DNA of 64,000 nt from Eledone cirrhosa (Eukaryota), in NCBI GenBank assembly GCA_964016885.1, contig OZ024746.1:82956001-83020000 (forward strand), in the 5' to 3' direction. Every line of letters begins with the position of its first letter. The stretch's first letter is position 1. Positions 17,098 to 35,100 of the stretch are shown in pieces. The notes under the pieces are model-generated. The model was not told the origin of the DNA and searched no databases. It saw only the letters and a list, made by a program, of their open reading frames with translations. The position numbers and the translations under genes were made by a program.

Positions 17098-17574
17098 GAA
17101 TATCTCAAGTTATCAATGATGAAAAGGTGTGCTGATGACGACGACGATAACAACGACAACCCCCACCCCCACCACAAACAACAACAACAGCGACATCACC
17201 ATCACTAGTATTTATCGACAATATTTGGTATTGATATTTGGTATATATATTTGGCATGATACATTTTATATTATAATTGTTATTGTTGTTTAACCCCAGG
17301 TCAGTCCTAATCAAGGAAGCAGGCTTATGACGTCAACCCTTACCTATTCCAGCATGTCTTCTTCTTTTTAAAACAGTATTAGCAACTAAGTAGAAGTTCT
17401 CTCATTGGTTGTTTTAATTTTTAATTTTTAATTTCTTTTTTTTTTAAGCATCCATTTTTTTTTTCAATGTGATGAAATTTATCAATTGATAAATACTATT
17501 GAAACTTAGGCGGGAACACGAATTGTAATTACGGTAGTTTCCGACGATGAATGTTTTAGTTATTCGACCAACAG

Positions 17575-17790
17575 AACAAGTGGCTGAGCATTCCACAGAC
17601 ACGTGTATCCTTAACGTAATTCTCTGGAGGATTCAGTGAGACACATTGTTTGACAAGAAAGCCCTTGAATTACAAGTACTAGTCATTTCTTGTTCAGTTG
17701 TGAGAACTGGAACAACTTAAAATAAGGGGTTTTGATCCAGGATTTAACGCGCAGTCGAGAATCGAACTCATGACTTAAGGTCCTGGTTGT
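17575..17790 (-). mobile_element. Degenerate tRNA-derived SINE of another family, possibly CORE-type
   Basis: B-box-like gagttcgattctc on the minus strand. Similar decayed pieces lie near 7790-7890 and 24420-24630. Confidence 0.45.
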
Positions 17791-18144
17791 TTTAGTCTTG
17801 GTTAGAAATGATCTTAATGGAGCATACGTATGCTCCAATAATTTCGACCTGCGGCCATCTCGTCTTTTTCTTATGGGTATCGAAGAGAGGATCACTTTTT
17901 CCAACGCATTCCTTTTTTTAAACGACAGTTTAAGGGAGTGTTTTGAGAAAGATTTGGGCATTATTTCTAGCATGTATAGTGACCCCTTAGAGGCCTTTGA
18001 TTTGTGTAAAAGTAATCTAATCTTGTGAGATGTAATATATGGTGATACTGATAGTTGTTGCTATTGTTTACATTTACATACAAAAATCTATATAAATTGT
18101 CACATACAGATATATGCAATGTGTAGCCTTCCAAAGATGAATCA

Positions 18145-18241
<97 letters not shown>

Positions 18242-18292
18242 CATACATATGTATGTATGTATATATATATATATATATATGTCAGTATGTAA

Positions 18293-18371
<79 letters not shown>

Positions 18372-18422
18372 CATACATATGTATGTATGTATATATATAT
18401 ATATATATATGTCAGTATGTAA

Positions 18423-18551
<129 letters not shown>

Positions 18552-18556
18552 AATAT

Positions 18557-18690
18557 AACGAAGGAATTGTGGTAAGGAACCAGATGGACCATAACGCACC
18601 AGAGTACTCAATACTTAGGGTAGTAGGGCTGGTCCAGAAATAGCCGTCGAAACGGCTTGAGCTCTGCCGTCGGGGTCTACTTTTTCCTAT
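18557..18690. mobile_element. TA-flanked insert related to 15129-15302, carrying the 3' half of a hammerhead
   Basis: Shares aacgaagga..gtggtaaggaaccag..gagtactcaatactt with the 15 kb copy. GAAACGGC-ttgagctct-GCCGUC forms stem III and a GUC site, but CUGANGA is missing. Confidence 0.55.
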
Positions 18691-18938
18691 ATATAAATAT
18701 ATATATATATATATATAAATTATAGTTATATCTACATTAAATATATTTTAGATTTTCTAAAATATATTGTGTTGTGCATAGATATTCATTACGAGATTTA
18801 TTACACCCATGACGAAGGTGATTATACAATTTAGACTGCCCATTTAAGGTAATTTCTAGTTTGTGTTTGGTGTAAATAGCCTTTGACTCTCGCCCTCTGT
18901 GTGGGCGGAAGGATACACACACACATACACACACATAT

Positions 18939-19331
18939 ATATGTATAAATATTTCGTATTTCCAAAGAAATACAGTTTTAGGAAGCCGTAGCTATGCAAA
19001 CACCGGGAGGCTAACGCCCTCTGTTGATGTCCAGCAGAAGCAAGGGAGACAACCGTCTATGCATTTCAGGGGTTTAACTGGCCTTCGTCAGGACGGTCCT
19101 TCCCACCGCTTGCGACTGCTGGACTAGAACACAGCTGAGAATATATACTTTTCTCGTCTGTGTAAATGAGGTGATAAATCTCATTTGCATATGAAGCTGC
19201 ATAAGTTGGCTCAACTTATAATAAAAAAGAGACATCATCAGAGGGCGTTAGCCCCCCCCCCCCGGTGTTTGCACAGCTACGGCTTCCTAAAACTGTATTT
19301 CTTTGGAGATACGAGAAATATTTATACATAT
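18939..19331. mobile_element. Element with ~90-bp inverted arms (18939-19031 / 19231-19331) enclosing a hammerhead
   Basis: The arms are near-perfect reverse complements. Confidence 0.75.
19052..19097 (-). ncRNA. Intact minimal type I hammerhead ribozyme
   Basis: ACCGUC CUGACGA AGG-loop-CCU GAA AUGCAU A GACGGU. Stem I is 6 bp, stem III is the palindrome AUGCAU, and the site is AUA. Confidence 0.85.
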
Positions 19332-19437
19332 TGCATAAAGCTATGCTTGAAGCGAAATCCTATTTCTTTTATATATGTATATATATATATATTAAAATAT
19401 AAGTATTAATAAAATAGATGTTCTTTTGATCAATTAC

Positions 19438-19490
19438 ATTTTATTATACCTATTTCGGATGTACGACAGTACGTCCTCATCAGACAAAAT
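19438..19490 (-). ncRNA. Type I hammerhead ribozyme in a TA-flanked insert (19390-19552)
   Basis: AUUUUGU CUGAUGA GGAcGUAC-uguc-GUACaUCC GAA AUA-gg-UAU A AUAAAAU. Confidence 0.75.
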
Positions 19491-19583
19491 ATAATGATAC
19501 ATGACATACCCTGAGATGTTAAATGGTTAAGATTTAATCAAGGTAGTCAAGGTATATATATGTATATGTATATATATATATAC

Positions 19584-19733
<150 letters not shown>

Positions 19734-19832
19734 ATAATAATAAATTTGAAGACTAAAATCCAAAGAAGGCTGAATAAGGATAAATATATATCAAATATAT
19801 AAGAACCGTAGAGCAAATATTTATTAAAATAC

Positions 19833-19912
19833 CAGATTAAAGTTTAAGCAAAGAATCGCTGCTTTCACCCTTAAGGGTGAAAGCAGCGATTCTTTGCTTA
19901 AACTTTAATCTG
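19833..19912. repeat. 80-bp perfect palindrome with no spacer
   Basis: Centred on ccctt|aaggg. Half-copies occur at 16690-16717 and 29835-29860, both beside TA tracts. Confidence 0.9.
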
Positions 19913-20096
<184 letters not shown>

Positions 20097-20260
20097 CTCT
20101 ATACTAATATGCAAAATTAATCAGTATTTTACATTTGTAATTAGCTGATATTTAAACAATATCATTGTTATTGACAATATATTTGATACGTTCTTTTAGA
20201 CTTCATAATTTCTTTCTTTTTTTGAAAATTAAGATTAACTTCATTATTTTCTATAACCAC

Positions 20261-20443
20261 GGTGGATTGGCAGTATCGGTAGAGGGTCGGACGCCATGCT
20301 TTGACGCAAAGCGTTACGGTCCTTTCCATTCTGAGTTCAAATTCCGCCTAGGTTAACTTTGACTTTCATCCTTTCGGGGTCGATAAAATAAAGTACCAGT
20401 AATGCACTGGGTAATTGCTGGCCTTGTGCCAAAAGTAGAAACA
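20261..20443 (+). mobile_element. Full-length SINE family A with 18-bp TSD
   Basis: TSD attattttctataaccac at 20243-20260 and 20444-20461. Confidence 0.92.
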
Positions 20444-21429
20444 ATTATTTTCTATAACCACAATACATTTTGAAAGAAAAAGTGAAATTATGATTGTTGT
20501 GCTTATTATGCAATATTACCCGATATTACCCACAGGGGAAACATTTCAAAATTAACCAAATATTAGACCTGGAACGTATGGAAAAGTGAAAGACACATTC
20601 GACGATGTAGTCCTAGCTAGATTATATCTAAAATATGAAGGAACAGCTGGGCTGGAAAGTCTTTGACCACATGTCTGCCTGATCATATGTCTTTAGCGAG
20701 AAGCAAGCTAGTTCCTACAAAGATTATATTTCCGAAGACTTAGTCTTCTTGATTTTACCTTAAGATCAGGGTGAAAGACAAAATCAAACCTCTACATTGG
20801 GCGAAGTCCAATGAAGAGTATTTTATGTAGTTTCGTGATTTGTTAGAAATAACAGTCAAATCTTCCTCAAAACTACACACAGCCATCTAAAATAAAATGA
20901 CATATGGATAACGTAATCTCAAGTACACTACACCTTAAAACGTGGTTGGAATGCCTCCTTTGGTTATAAGATGGTTATACAAATAGCTAATCTCTACATA
21001 GTTACTTGTCTTGCAAGAATTAGCACCAAAATCACACCCAAACAACACCCTGCCATCTTGAAAACTAAAGGATATATTTCAAATGTGTGGCATGCATTGT
21101 GTGTGTGTGTGAGTTCGTGCTTGTGCGTGTGTATGAGTGTGTGTGTGTGGTAACGTCATTCATTTGATTATGAAATGCAGGAATGTATACGCAAGCACAC
21201 AGACACGCACACACACACACAAAAGCACTAAAACACACACACACACTCTCTCTCACACACACTAACACACACACACACACACACACATATATACATATAT
21301 ATTATCACACTTCTTATGCATGATAATATGTGTGGAATAATTCAATAATGGTTTCCCATTCTTACTATCATTAATGTATAACCGAGAGACTGAACGCTCC
21401 ACCACTTACATACATACACACAGCCACAC

Positions 21430-23070
<1,641 letters not shown>

Positions 23071-23657
23071 TGATATATTTTTTATCTCTTTACTCTCTCC
23101 TCTTCTCTCGGTTCCTTTATTCAGGTTTACACTGTTTAGTCATTCCTTTCCCTTTATTTCTTATAATAATCTCCATATTATACAATATTTCGACGTTTTT
23201 CTCCTCGTTCAATCCTCTTGATTTCCTAGTTATTGTTATTGTTATTATTATTTAATGTAAGAAACTATTATTACTCTTGTTGTTGTTGTTGTTGTAGTAG
23301 TATTTATTATAATTATTACCGTTGCTGTTGTTGTTGTTATTGTTAATATTCTTCGGGAGTTTGTACATACTCTACAATAATGAACGAAGCGAATTGTATT
23401 TCATTTATCTTTTGTTTGTTGTTATAGGACGGTTGTTGTTATTGTTGTTGTTGTTATTGTTATTGTTGCTGTTGATGCTGCTGCTGCTACTGCTGCTGCT
23501 ATTAGTATCGATCCGCATTCTTATTCACACATACTCCCGCTTCTATTTCACTTTTTTCTCTCTCGTTACCAGCTTCTTTTGCTCACTGCCCTTCCCTCGT
23601 TTTATTTATCTATTATTAGATTTCATGGAAATATACCTTTTAACACATATTATTGAT

Positions 23658-24018
23658 TTCTAATTTAGACACAAGGCCAACACATTTTGGGGAAGGGCAA
23701 AGTTGATTAAATCAACCCCAGTACCTGACTGGTACTTTATTTTATCGGCCCGAATGTAAAAACTCCGAATGTAAAGAACTATAAAAATTACCGTAATGAT
23801 ACTTTATCTGACGGTCGACCAATTTTGCCAATCCATCACACTGGTGGCTAACAGTGTCGGTAGAGCGTCAGACAACATGCTTTGCAGCCCTTTACGTTCT
23901 GAGTTCAAATCCCTCCGAGGTTAACGTTGCCTTTCATCTTTACGGGGTCGATAAAATAAAGCACCAGTAATGCACTGGGGGTAATTGCTGGCCTTGTGCC
24001 AAAGGTAGAAACAATTAT
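23658..24018. mobile_element. Two head-to-head SINE family A copies (minus 23658-23840, plus 23843-24018)
   Basis: Core and tail motifs occur in opposite orientations. Confidence 0.8.
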
Positions 24019-24939
24019 TGCTTATGGTTTAGTTTTGAATTCAACGAATTATTACCAACACCACCGCCACGAGCACAAAAGTTTCTACCGCCACCAAGAC
24101 CACCAGTACCACCACCACCGGTACCACCACCACCGGTACCAGCAATACTCCCGGCCCAACCAGCACCAACGCCACTACCAATAGCATCACCATCGCTGTC
24201 ATTTTCAGTATAACCACTACCAATACCGCCATAACCACCAACAACGCAAACCATCGAAGGAACCTCAATGTGGTCACTCAGCCTGATTGAAATAGCAGCT
24301 AAATCACTCTTAAATCACACTCACATAATAGCTGCTTACAAAATGTTACTTGGATAACAGGGTCTTTCTCTCCCTATGTCTCGAGTGATTATAGATCTGC
24401 ACCTAGAAATTTCCTCTCCATAGCTTAGGCTTGGACAAGGTTCTTTTGCTAAAGACTAGTTTTCGCCCATGCATGCAAATCTCGCCTTTACATGTCATCG
24501 ATTACACATTATCGATGTACATTGCTGATCATATCTGTCGGCCGAACCTAGAAGAAAATATTGTGCATAGAGTGCTACCTCCAGTCTACGAATCGAACCC
24601 ACGCCCTTATCATCGTGAATCAAACACTCTAACCTCTAGATCAGGCCCTTTTTACAGAGAAAGAACTGGATTAATTGTACTTTGTTCTTTAGGTACGAGT
24701 TAAAAATATTTGGTGGAAGGAGAAAGTTGATTATATCGACCCTGGTACTATATTATTGATTTCGGAAGGATGAAAAGTAAAGCTGACCTCTTTAGTAATA
24801 ACAATAACAGTACTAACAAGTGCAATGATAGCAATAACTCTCGTATATAATATATATAAAGATATTGATGTCGTGGACAGTGAGGCAGGGCGTGATATGG
24901 GGCGTGGCGGAGCAACAAGGTGGAGATATCGGTAACCAA

Positions 24940-26829
<1,890 letters not shown>

Positions 26830-27031
26830 CTCACACCCAAATAACATTTATTACTTACATGACAGTATAATGGCAGTTATCTTTGTACATAGAGCCAGAC
26901 ATACAGTGTATGTATTGTGGAATAATTTCTACTGTGATATATATTTATTGGAAAACATTTTAGTCAAAACATTCCCTTCCACAACCGCCTTCCTACATTT
27001 CCTAATATTAGTTGTTTTTTTTTATCACTAT

Positions 27032-27810
27032 CGTCGTCGTTGTTGTTGTTGTTGTTGTTGTTGTTGTAGTGGTAGTGGTGGTGGTGGTGGTGGTGGTGGA
27101 GGTGGTGGTGGTGGTGGTGGTGGAGGTGGAGGTGGCAGTGGTGGTGGTGGTGGTGGTGGTGGTGGTGTGGCGGTGGTGGTGGCAGTGGTGGTGGTGGTGG
27201 TGGTGGTGGTGGTGGTGGTGGTGGTGGTAGTGGCGGTGGTGGTGGTGGTGGTGGTGGTGGTGGTGGAGGTGGCAGTGGTGGTGGTGGTGGTGGTGGTGGT
27301 GTGGCGGTGGTGGTGGTGGTGGTTGTGGTGGTGGTGGTGTTAGTGGTGGTGGTGGTGGTGGTGGTGTGGCGGTGGTGGTGGCAGTGGTGGTGGTGGTGGT
27401 GGTGGTGGTGGTAGTGGTGGTGGTGGTGGTGGTGGTGGTGGTGGTGGTGGAGGTGGCAGTGGTGGTGGTGGTGGTGGTGGTGGTGGTGTGGCGGTGGTGG
27501 TGGCAGTGGTGGTGGTGGTGGTGGTGGTGGTTGTGGTGGTGGTGGTGTTAGTGGTGGTGGTGGTGGTGGTGTGGCGGTGGTGGTGGCAGTGGTGGTGGTG
27601 GTGGTGGTGGTAGTGGTGGTGGTGGTGGTGGTGGTGGTGGTGGTGGAGGTGGCAGTGGTGGTGGTGGTGGTGGTGGTGGTGGTGTGGCGGTGGTGGTGGC
27701 AGTGGTGGTGGTGGTGGTGGTGGTTGTGGTGGTGGTGGTGTTAGTGGTGGTGGTGGTGGTGGTGGTGTGGCGGTGGTGGTGGCAGTGGTAGTGGTGGTGG
27801 TGGTGGTGTT
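27032..27810. repeat. (GTT)n then (GGT)n satellite with higher-order interruptions (ggcagt, gtggcg, gttagt)
   Basis: Visible. It explains the poly-Pro/His/Gly ORFs. Confidence 0.95.
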
Positions 27811-28104
27811 AGCGTGCGTCTGCAGTTGAATAAAACGGTGATGTTGATGTAGAGGAAGGCGATAACGATAACGATGACGATGATGATGATGATGATGATG
27901 AAGTGTATGTTTGTCTGTGTGTGTGTGTGTGTGTGTTTGTATGTGTGAGAGAGAAAAAGAGTGAGAGAGAGAGAGAAAGAGAGGGAGAAGGATTGAGAAA
28001 GTGAGAGAGAGAGACAGAATGATAGAGAGGGGTAGTGAGAGAATAAAATGTAGCCAATTATGACTATTGGTGATTATCAATCAATCAATCAATCAATCAA
28101 TCCA

Positions 28105-28170
<66 letters not shown>

Positions 28171-28199
28171 TTATGCATCTATCTATCTATCTGTCTGTC

Positions 28200-29013
28200 A
28201 CCCTTGGAGAGTCGCTGGACATGGAAGAAGACGAACTGGCCAGCCTGTTCGGTAGGACTTTCGGCCCAGGACCAATGGACAACTTCCAGAAGTCACTGGC
28301 CTGGCAGTGCTACCGGGGGGCTCTACCCGTTCGAGAGAGGCTCTACAGACACGGGCGCCCGGGCAGGGATCCCTCAAAAAAGATTTGCCCTAGATGCGTG
28401 CGTCACGAAGAAACCGTTGCGCACGCATTGGTGCAATGTCCGGGCGTGGCTGATCTGTGGGGCTACGCCGAACGACTGCTGTCGCGGGTGGCGCCGATTA
28501 AATTGACCGCCGAGTCCGTGATGACAATCAAACCGCCTCCCCTCTTCACAAAGGAAGCAAAGGCGGTTTTTCTGTGCGTAATAGCCATGTTGAAAGAGGT
28601 TGTTTGGTGGACACGATTGAAAGGTCTGAGGTCAGGCAACTTCCTCTCTGGCCATAGTCTGGTCTACTTCTTCCGATATCACTTCGGAAGAAGGATAAGA
28701 ATGGAGAGAGAGGTGCTTGGCCACAGGCAGTTATGAAAGGTGGGTGATAGTGGCGAGAATGGCTCGTGTAAATGGGCCTTCTCTGTATACCATCCTGTAG
28801 GTAAAGAAGTAAAGGAGAGGGGAGCACCTTCTCCATGTGCTCCCCGGGCAAAGGATTGCACACTTTTTCGGGGGTGTGTGCAACCGCATCACGTCCCCTC
28901 CCTTTTGAGGTTATTTTCGATTATTTTCATGTTACACCCTTTTTACTCGATTATATGTAAACTCCCCCTTTGTATTTGTCCCTTCTTTTTATGCCTTTAT
29001 GGTAAATAAAGAA
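28200..29013 (+). mobile_element. 5'-truncated L1/Tx1-clade LINE: ORF2 C-terminal zf-RVT region plus 3' UTR, with 23-bp TSD
   Basis: WQCYRGALPVRERL...CPRC...ETVAHALVQC is a CCHC zf-RVT-type motif. A frameshift near 28731 would restore YERWVIVARM..TIL* ending at 28800. The element ends AATAAAGAA. TSD atctatctatctatctgtctgtc lies at 28177-28199 and 29014-29036. Confidence 0.88.
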
Positions 29014-29101
29014 ATCTATCTATCTATCTGTCTGTCTATTTATGCAACTATCTATCAACCTGCCTATCTTTCTACCTTTGGGATTTTCTGACTTCCATAC
29101 T

Positions 29102-29165
<64 letters not shown>

Positions 29166-29595
29166 ATAGCCTTTGAAGAGCCGCAATAAATTTCTGAAGA
29201 AGGTATTCTTGGTTTAGCGTTGTTGTTGTTTTTTTTAAAACCCAGATCAATTTTGATTGGGAAGAGCTATGGTCAAACACATTCCGACCGTATCCGTCAC
29301 GCCTTTTCCCTCAGGTATTGTGTGTTGTGGAATAAGATATTTTACAATGTATCCTTGAATTTTCAGACGGCAAGGTGTGAATTGACTGAGGTTTAGCTGC
29401 TATTTCTAGTAAGTCGTAAGACTGCATTGAGGCATTCTTGTTGGTGCTACTTCCGCTTGATAACGAATTAGGCATCAGTAATTTCCATTATTTATTGTTT
29501 GTTAATCTACTGACTCCATCACATGTAATCTTGAAAGGTACGCATGCAAACATCCATTACTCACATACACACAAATATATATACCCCCCCCCCCC

Positions 29596-29630
<35 letters not shown>

Positions 29631-29687
29631 CACACACATATATATATATATATATACACACACATATATATATACATATATATATAC

Positions 29688-29722
<35 letters not shown>

Positions 29723-29742
29723 CATATATATATACATATATA

Positions 29743-29819
<77 letters not shown>

Positions 29820-29905
29820 ATATATATATATATAGATTCTTTGCTTAAACTTTAATCTGTCATTTTAATATATATATATATATATATATAAATATAATTT
29901 ATTGC

Positions 29906-29986
<81 letters not shown>

Positions 29987-30079
29987 CAATAAATTATATT
30001 TTTCACTCTCTCTTTCTCTCACACACATATACATCTAAAAAGAGATGTATTTGTATATATATATATACTGTATATATGA

Positions 30080-30117
<38 letters not shown>

Positions 30118-30314
30118 CACTTTTTCTCTGTTTCTATTATTTAAAATACTTTCAAATAAACTTCTTTTACGTCTCTGCTTCATTGCTCTAGTGCCACTAA
30201 TTATAATCATCTCTCTTCCAATAATCATACTAAACTACAATCAACCATACTTTCTATAGTAGGCATCGCCATCTTGTTATGGCAGGACTTATTTACACTT
30301 CTCTCTAAATAATT

Positions 30315-30728
30315 GTTTCTACTTTAGGGTCAAGGCTAGACATTTTGAAGGGGAGGGGCAAAGTCGATTAAATTGATACCAGTGCATTACTGGTACTTTA
30401 TTTTATCGACACCGTAAGGATGAAAGGCGAAGCTAACCTCGGCGGGATTTGAACTCAGAACGTAGAGGGCTTTCACTCTATGCTGCAAAGCATGTTGTCC
30501 TGCGCTCTACCGATTCTGCCAACCCAGTGCTCTTCTCTCTAAATAATTGTTTCTACTTTTGGCACAAGGCCAGCAGTTACCCAGTACATTACTGGTACTT
30601 TATTTCATCGACCCCGTAAGGATGAAAGGCAAAGTTAACCTCGGCGGGATTTGAACTCTGACTGTAAAGGGACGTAACTATGCTAGAAAGCATGGCGTCC
30701 GACCCTCTACCGATACTGCCAATTCACA
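30315..30728 (-). mobile_element. Two tandem SINE family A copies, the first inserted at the tail of the second
   Basis: cttctctctaaataatt is duplicated at 30298-30314 and 30532-30548. Confidence 0.88.
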
Positions 30729-30805
30729 AATAATAAGACGTAAAAGCGCTAGCCATGACACCAACTTTGTTCAAGAAGAAGAATATATATATATATGTGT
30801 ATATA

Positions 30806-30918
<113 letters not shown>

Positions 30919-31068
30919 GGAGAGAGAGAAAATGGAAAAGCAGGGGGCGTGAAAGATAGGGAAGAAAGAGAGCCAGAGTATCTGTTATGTGTGCCTGTGT
31001 GTGTGAGTATGTGAATTTAGGAACGCATTTGTATGTGTACACGAAAAAGCGTACGTGCGTAAGTTTCT

Positions 31069-31101
<33 letters not shown>

Positions 31102-31186
31102 CTCTCTCTTTCTCTCTCTCCCTCTCTTTCTTTATCTCTTTCTCTCTCTCTGTAATATCTACATATATGTATGCATTTATGTATGC

Positions 31187-31260
<74 letters not shown>

Positions 31261-31369
31261 TATATATGTATGTACGTTACTATATGCGTATTCGTATGAC
31301 ATTCCTTCCAAGTTTTAATGAAATAAGGCAGAAAAGAAATGAATGCAATCATTTAATTTTTTACTTCTC

Positions 31370-31431
<62 letters not shown>

Positions 31432-31883
31432 TTTCTATCTCCCCCTCTCTCTTCACTCCTCACGAACACTACCACTTCCGAATATTTCAATTTATTCCCT
31501 AGTAATTTAAAGAAATTCATTTCGAATTTATCTAACTTAATTTTCTGGAGATTTGCTTTTTCTATTATTTATTTTAGATAACAAATATTCACGAATAGAA
31601 TAGAAAAAAAAATGGTAGTGAAATTTTTCAATTTTGCTTTTTTAATATTTCTTTGGTTCAAAAGATAAGTTAAAAAAAGAATTTTTTTGATATTAAATTT
31701 TCTTCTTTTTTCCCACTTGTTTACATTTTTCCTCAACAACAGTAAACGTGTTTCTATAATTCGGACATTTTAAAACTACGTAACAACGATGTTAACAAAC
31801 AGCATAACAACCTTGATTATGACAACTAGGAATGGCTCTTCCAGCGCATCTCCCTTACCATCCTCCGTGGAAAGGTCTTCTCC

Positions 31884-31940
31884 ATTCTGTCTGCCGGGGC
31901 TGTGGGGCGGCCAGCAAGTGGGACCCCATTTGTTCATAAT
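31884..31940 (+). repeat. GC-rich dispersed repeat (other copies: 35808-35866 direct, 4537-4570 inverted)
   Basis: cattctgtctgccggggctgtggggcggccagcaagtgggaccccatttgttcataat and variants. Confidence 0.6.
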
Positions 31941-32123
31941 AGATGGGGAGGGCGAGAGGGATGGGGAACCTGCCGGTGGGAGTTCGGCTCTTCCGTGTTC
32001 GGCCACACTTGTCAAGAGTGTATTTTCATACTTGTGACGAACTTCGTTAGAATATTCTGGCCAAAGGCGTGAAGCCACTCACCCGACACGAAAAATGACT
32101 TCAAGAAGCTTAACCTTGGTTTC

Positions 32124-35100
32124 ACAACAATAACAACTAAAGTAGTAACAATAACATATTCTACCATAGACACACGACTACAACAATAACAACTAAAGCT
32201 GTAACAATAACATATTCTACCATAGACACACGACTACAACAATAACAACTAAAGCAGTAACAATAACATATTCTACCATAGACACACGACTACAACAATA
32301 ACAACTAAAGCTGTAACAATAACATATTCTACCATAGACACACGACTACAACAATAACAACTACAGCTGTAACAATAACATATTCTACCATAGACACACG
32401 ACTACAACAATAACAACTAAAGCAGTAACAATAACATATTCTACCATAGACACACGACTACAACAATAACAACTAAAGCTGTAACAATAACATATTCTAC
32501 CATAGACACACGACTACAACAATAACAACTAAAGCTGTAACAATAACATATTCTACCATAGACACACGACTACAACAATAACAACTAAAGCTGTAACAAT
32601 AACATATTCTACCATAGACACACGACTACAACAATAACAACTAAAGCTGTAACAATAACATATTCTACCATAGACACACGACTACAACAATAACAACTAA
32701 AGCTGTAACAATAACATATTCTACCATAGACACACGACTACAACAATAACAACTAAAGTACTAACAATAACATATTCTAATATAGACACACGACTACAAC
32801 AATAACAACTAAAGTAGTAACAATAACATATTCTACCATAGACACACGACTACAACAATAACAACTAAAGCTGTAACTATAACATATTCTACCATAGACA
32901 CACGACTACAACAATAACAACTAAAGCTGTAACAATAACATATTCTACCATAGACACACGACTACAACAATAACAACTAAAGCTGTAACAATAACATATT
33001 CTACCATAGACACACGACTACAACAATAACAACTAAAGCTGTAACAATAACATATTCTACCATAGACACACGACTACAACAATAACAACTAAAGCTGTAA
33101 CAATAACATATTCTACCATAGACACACGACTACAACAATAACAACTAAAGCTGTAACAATAACATATTCTACCATAGACACACGACTACAACAATAACAA
33201 CTAAAGGAGTAACAATAACATATTCTACCATAGACACACGACTACAACAATAACAAGTAAAGCTGTAACAATAACATATTCTACCATAGACATACGACTA
33301 CAACAATAACAACTAAAGCTGTAACAATAACATATTCTACCATAGACACACGACTACAACAATAACAACTAAAGCTGTAACTATAACATATTCTACCATA
33401 GACACACGACTACAACAATAACAACTAAAGCTGTAACAATAACATATTCTACCATAGACACACGACTACAACAATAACAACTAAAGCTGTAACAATAACA
33501 CATTCTACCATAGACACACGACTACAACAATAACAACTAAAGCTGTAACAATAACATATTCTACCATAGACACACGACTACAACAATAACAAATAAAGTA
33601 GTAACAATAACATATTCTACCATAGACACACGACTACAACAATAACAACTAAAGCTGTAACTACAACATATTCTACCATAGACACACGACTACAACAATA
33701 ACAACTAAAGCTGTAACTATAACATATTCTACCATAGACACACGTCTACAACAATAACAACTAAAGCTGTAACAATAACATATTCTACCATAGACACACG
33801 ACTACAACAATAACAACTAAAGCTGTAACTATAACATATTCTACCATAGACACACGACTACAACAATAACAACTAAAGCTGTAACAATAACATATTCTAC
33901 CATAGACACACGACTACAACAATAACAACTAAAGCTGTAACTACAACATATTCTACCATAGACACACGACTACAACGATAACAACTAAAGCTGTAACTAC
34001 AACATATTCTACCATAGACACACGACTACAACAATAACAACTAAAGTACTAACAATAACATATTCTACCATAGACACACGACTACAACAATAACAACTAA
34101 AGCTGTAACAATAACATATTCTACCATAGACACACGACTACAACAATAACAACTAAAGTAGTAACAATAACATATTCTACCATAGACACACGACTACAAC
34201 AATAACAACTAAAGTAGTAACAATAACATATTCTACCATAGACACACGACTACAACAATAACAACTAAAGTAGTAACAATAACATATTCTACCATAGACA
34301 CACGACTACAACAATAACAACTAAAGGAGTAACAATAACATATTCTACCATAGACACACGACTACAACAATAACAACTAAAGTAGTAACAATAACATATT
34401 CTACCATAGACACACGACTACAACAATAACAACTAAAGCTGTAACTACAACATATTCTACCATAGACACACGACTACAACAATAACAACTAAAGCTGTAA
34501 CAATAACGTATTCTACCATAGACACACGACTACAACAATAACAACTAAAGGAGTAACAATAACATATTCTACCATAGACACACGACTACAACAATAACAA
34601 CTAAAGCTGTAACAATAACATATTCTACCATAGACACACGACTACAACAATAACAACTAAAGGAGTAACAATAACATATTCTACCATAGACACACGACTA
34701 CAACAATAACAACTAAAGGAGTAACAATAACATATTCTACCATAGACACACGACTACAACAATAACAACTAAAGGAGTAACAATAACATATTCTACCATA
34801 GGCACACGACTACAACAATAACAACTAAAGTAGTAACAATAACATATTCTACCATAGACATACGACTACAACAATAACAACTAAAGGAGTAACAATAACA
34901 TATTCTACCATAGACACACGACTACAACAATAACAACTAAAGCTGTAACAATAACATATTCTACCATAGACACACGACTACAACAATAACAACTAAAGTA
35001 GTAACAATAACATATTCTACCATAGACATACGACTACAACAATAACAACTAAAGTAGTAACAATAACATATTCTACCATAGACACACGACTACAACAATA

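Noticed and set aside
20261-20350. tRNA gene
   Set aside because: A/B-box-like head continues into the SINE core, has a TSD, and shows no full cloverleaf.
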